Positions 28,752 to 31,156 of a stretch of 31,156 nucleotides of DNA are shown here, piece by piece; the stretch's first letter is position 1, and the number at the start of each line of letters is the position of its first letter. The stretch spans positions 1 through 31,156 of the forward strand of contig JAFGAR010000125.1 in the NCBI GenBank assembly GCA_016933575.1. The letters run 5' to 3'. The notes under the pieces were generated by a model. That model was not told the DNA's origin and searched no databases. It worked only from the letters and a program-made list of their open reading frames with translations. Made by a program: the position numbers and the translations under genes. This DNA is from Candidatus Thorarchaeota archaeon. GTDB taxonomy: Archaea > Asgardarchaeota > Thorarchaeia > Thorarchaeales > Thorarchaeaceae.

Positions 28752-29318
28752 TCATCCCCTGCTAACTCTCCCAAATCCAAGTCTTCTATTGACCTCTGAC
28801 ATTTCGAATATACAGGTCATGGCATCATGCTCTCCCAATTCCGCGAAGCTCTTTCTTCGAGCCTCATCATCATATGATTTTAGGAGGTAGTAATTGATAG
28901 CCACAGGAATTCCATAGCTATACGAAAGAATCAATGATGCTACGACTGCGCTACTTGCCATGATCTTACGTCCTGCTGTAGCATCAACAATCACTCTTGA
29001 GTCATCGGTTGTTCGACTCAATACGCCCTCAATGATAGTTCTTATGGCGCCTTCGAGGTCTGCTTCAGGTATCCAGATGTAATCCGATGCTTGCGGTCTT
29101 GGTAGACTTGGTGCTGATGTTGAGATCGATAAAGCATAATTGATCGACTCAGTGGTTTTCATGCTTTGCGGGGAGGGCTCTCCGCTTTCAGTGAGTGAAA
29201 CTATGAATGAGAGGTTCCTGATGTGCACATCAGAAAAGTTTGAGATGAATGAGCAGAGAGAATTCACGCAAGCTATGGGGGAAACTCCAACAACTGCATA
29301 ATAGTCTACATATTCCAT
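28752..29318 (-). CDS. Stand-alone CARF-domain protein (Csx14/ring-nuclease-like)
   Basis: N-terminal YYAVVGVSP and CARF signature VIVDATAGRKIMA; no effector domain; next to cas2. Confidence 0.75.
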   Translation of the reverse strand: MEYVDYYAVVGVSPIACVNSLCSFISNFSDVHIRNLSFIVSLTESGEPSPQSMKTTESINYALSISTSAPSLPRPQASDYIWIPEADLEGAIRTIIEGVLSRTTDDSRVIVDATAGRKIMASSAVVASLILSYSYGIPVAINYYLLKSYDDEARRKSFAELGEHDAMTCIFEMSEVNRRLGFGRVSRG

Positions 29319-29484
29319 TGAAAAACCTCGAAGAACCTTTGGATAGTATGCACATATGATATAATGAAGAAACTATCCTGCTGGGTTACAACAATATCAA
29401 ACCCCGAAATCCCCCTTTTGCTCTTCGAAGCGGAATCAGGTAATCGTACTCCTGTGGTAATCGCTCACCAGTCTTTTTCGGGTT

Positions 29485-29787
29485 CTATGCAAACAATAGA
29501 GGTTGATTAACAAGGAATATCTCTCTTTTCTCACCCAATTCCTGAATCTTTTCTCGACAGGTCCTGCAAATAGGTATGATAACAATAGAATCGGTTTCAG
29601 ATCTTTTGATGAGATGTTCTCTTAGAACTGCTTCCAATCTCACCAAATCCTTATCTGTCAAAGAACCTGAGAACGCACTGAACTGGATTCGTTCCAAACC
29701 AAAATCCTTCAGGCTATCGCTTACTTTGTATCTAAGAGAATTCTCTGTAATATCGTAAATTACAATGTATTGCAATGATATCACCAT
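29485..29787 (-). CDS. cas2: CRISPR-associated endoribonuclease Cas2
   Basis: YIVIYDI, R.KV...LKDFGLERIQFSAF.G, DSIVIIPIC..C; overlaps the cas1 stop. Confidence 0.95.
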   Translation of the reverse strand: MVISLQYIVIYDITENSLRYKVSDSLKDFGLERIQFSAFSGSLTDKDLVRLEAVLREHLIKRSETDSIVIIPICRTCREKIQELGEKREIFLVNQPLLFA

Positions 29788-30803
29788 TTAAAGACAAAGG
29801 GTATATAGAAGGCTCTCCCTGTCCGAAGCGTTGAAACAACAGTTTCCACTTGCTTTCTTATGACAGCTTTTACAGTTATCATCGCACTATTATCATAAAG
29901 TCTTTTTTCTAGACGCGCAAGGATGGATTGGGCTAATTCTCTGCGGACTGGTGCGCCCAAATCATTCCCTCCCTCAATGTTCGATCCTCCCGTCAAGAGT
30001 AGTAATTTACATACTTGTGCATCCACAACATAAGCTCGAAACTCCTCCATGATATCCAGAACTAACGATGGTTTCCCTGAACGATCTGAATGCAAGAACC
30101 CTGCAAAGGGATCCAATCCACAACCCACTATTGCAGATAGGACTTCGCTCCTTAGGATTGCATAGCCATAGTTGAGAAGCCGGTTTACATAATCGCCTGC
30201 ATTTCTAGTGATGCGATGAGTAAACTCCTCTTCTCTTGAAGTCAATTTGGCAATAGCGCTCCAATATAACGAAGCAGCATTTCCTTCAAGACCAAAAAGT
30301 GCCTCTTTACCATTGGGATCATGTCCAAGGGAATCTATTTCCAGGATGATCTTTTGAATTTGCTTGCACGTATCTCCTATGTGGTTTCCCAGCTTTGGGT
30401 TTCGTTTCTTGATGTTACGTGCCCTACGGAGTAAGTGCCCCCTTTGATTCTTTATCTTTCCAACTATAAACATCGAGGCCAAGAAGAATCCTAATTCCGT
30501 ATTGGATTCCACATATTGAGCTTTCCGCAACGAAACCATCCCGTGATCGAGTGGATTGGCAAGGTATGCTGTTGTTTGATCTGAGTAGCTATTCACATGG
30601 ACCGGTATCATGTAGTCCATCGCAAGGGTGAGCGCATCACATGTTACACTAGCTCCCTTTGTAGGCAAGATGATCCTATTCACTTTGCATGCAGCTATCT
30701 CAATTTCCGGTCTATCTGGGTTACAGATTATGAAACGCTTTCCTCTTTTCCTTAACGATGTTCCGTACTCATTTATGATAATAGTAGTTGTCCCGTCCCT
30801 CAT
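29781..30803 (-). CDS. cas1: CRISPR-associated integrase Cas1
   Basis: YGTSL.K, GKIKNQ, LFGLEGNAA..YW, N.LLNYGY..L, GLDPFAGFLH, SLVLDIMEEFR..VVD. ATG 30803 lies 30 nt downstream of a TATA box. Confidence 0.96.
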   Translation of the reverse strand: MRDGTTTIIINEYGTSLRKRGKRFIICNPDRPEIEIAACKVNRIILPTKGASVTCDALTLAMDYMIPVHVNSYSDQTTAYLANPLDHGMVSLRKAQYVESNTELGFFLASMFIVGKIKNQRGHLLRRARNIKKRNPKLGNHIGDTCKQIQKIILEIDSLGHDPNGKEALFGLEGNAASLYWSAIAKLTSREEEFTHRITRNAGDYVNRLLNYGYAILRSEVLSAIVGCGLDPFAGFLHSDRSGKPSLVLDIMEEFRAYVVDAQVCKLLLLTGGSNIEGGNDLGAPVRRELAQSILARLEKRLYDNSAMITVKAVIRKQVETVVSTLRTGRAFYIPFVFKW

Positions 30804-30832
30804 GATTTTTCCCAGAAGCACTTCGCGCTATA

Positions 30833-30840
30833 CTATATAA
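30833..30840 (-). promoter_or_regulatory. TATA box of cas1 operon
   Basis: TTATATAG on the minus strand, 30 nt before ATG 30803; consistent with a leaderless archaeal transcript. Confidence 0.5.
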
Positions 30841-30849
30841 GGAACAGCA

Positions 30850-31119
30850 AAGAAAGTTTCCAAGCGCAAATTGCTGCAGAATATGGTTCTTTTTCAGAGC
30901 TCTATTTTGCAAAGATATGAATCCCATGAATCCATAACTAAATTGGTATTTTCATCCCCTTGTGAGTGGTCATTTCTAGCAGGTTCCAGCGAATTAACGA
31001 TTCTGCGATCTTGCGCTACCCTTTATAGAGAAAGCTAGAAAATTGGGCGTAGCGCACAGTTCTTCAAAATGGAGGGCTATACGTTCTCGTATGGACAAGA
31101 TTGATATATCAGAGGGGCT
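30850..31119 (+). promoter_or_regulatory. CRISPR leader
   Basis: Non-coding stretch between cas1 and the repeat, with inverted repeat TGCGCTAC (31012-31019) / GTAGCGCA (31049-31056) and GGGGCT directly before the repeat. Confidence 0.65.
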
Positions 31120-31156
31120 ATTGCAAAAGTAGATCCCGTGTTTAGGGAATTGCAAC
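31120..31156 (+). CRISPR. First 37-nt CRISPR repeat (array truncated by window end)
   Basis: ATTGCAAAAGTAGATCCCGTGTTTAGGGAATTGCAAC: 37 nt, internal stem TCCC/GGGA, 3' handle ATTGCAAC, near cas1. Only one copy is visible. Confidence 0.7.

Noticed and set aside
501-30840. Numerous short antisense or overlapping ORFs in the track (e.g. 501-944, 7961-8296, 7977-8363, 10564-11010, 28153-28552)
   Set aside because: They are shadows of well-supported genes with no independent motifs.
1-31156. Integrase, transposase, tRNA or rRNA genes
   Set aside because: None recognised, so island mobility is inferred only from composition and gene content.

Overview
Archaeal-looking DNA: GGAGG/GAGGTG ribosome sites, TATA boxes, a NurA-HerA-Mre11-Rad50 operon and a large Lrp/AsnC-like regulator. 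An Asgard/Thorarchaeia origin is plausible but only inferred. The window has three parts. (1) 1-7.3 kb is a mixed region: a GbsR/MarR regulator fragment, an alpha/beta hydrolase, a SAM methyltransferase, a putative secreted toxin plus membrane immunity pair bracketed by an intact vsr and a previously uncalled vsr 3' remnant, a catalytically degenerate nucleotidyltransferase and a regulator that probably starts at ATA. (2) 7.7-22 kb is an AT-richer, all-plus-strand defence island: a BglII/BstYI-fold protein lacking catalytic residues, a beta-class SPPY DNA methyltransferase, a three-gene DndFGH/MAD6-7-8-like module with no kinase and no Dnd or HsdM/HsdS genes, a Dam methyltransferase, a winged-helix protein and a C2H2 zinc finger/PLD-like fusion. 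Four of the accessory proteins end in a QxxL PIP-box-like tail. (3) 22.2-31.2 kb is a minus-strand run of cas1-cas2-CARF-nurA-herA-mre11-rad50, in which Rad50 has a hydrophobic membrane hairpin in place of the zinc hook, followed by a divergent CRISPR leader and one 37-nt repeat at the window edge. The best candidates for new systems are the dual-methyltransferase, kinase-less MADS/DndFGH-like island and the CRISPR-linked, membrane-anchored resection operon. All family calls rest on motif recognition by eye; no searches were run.
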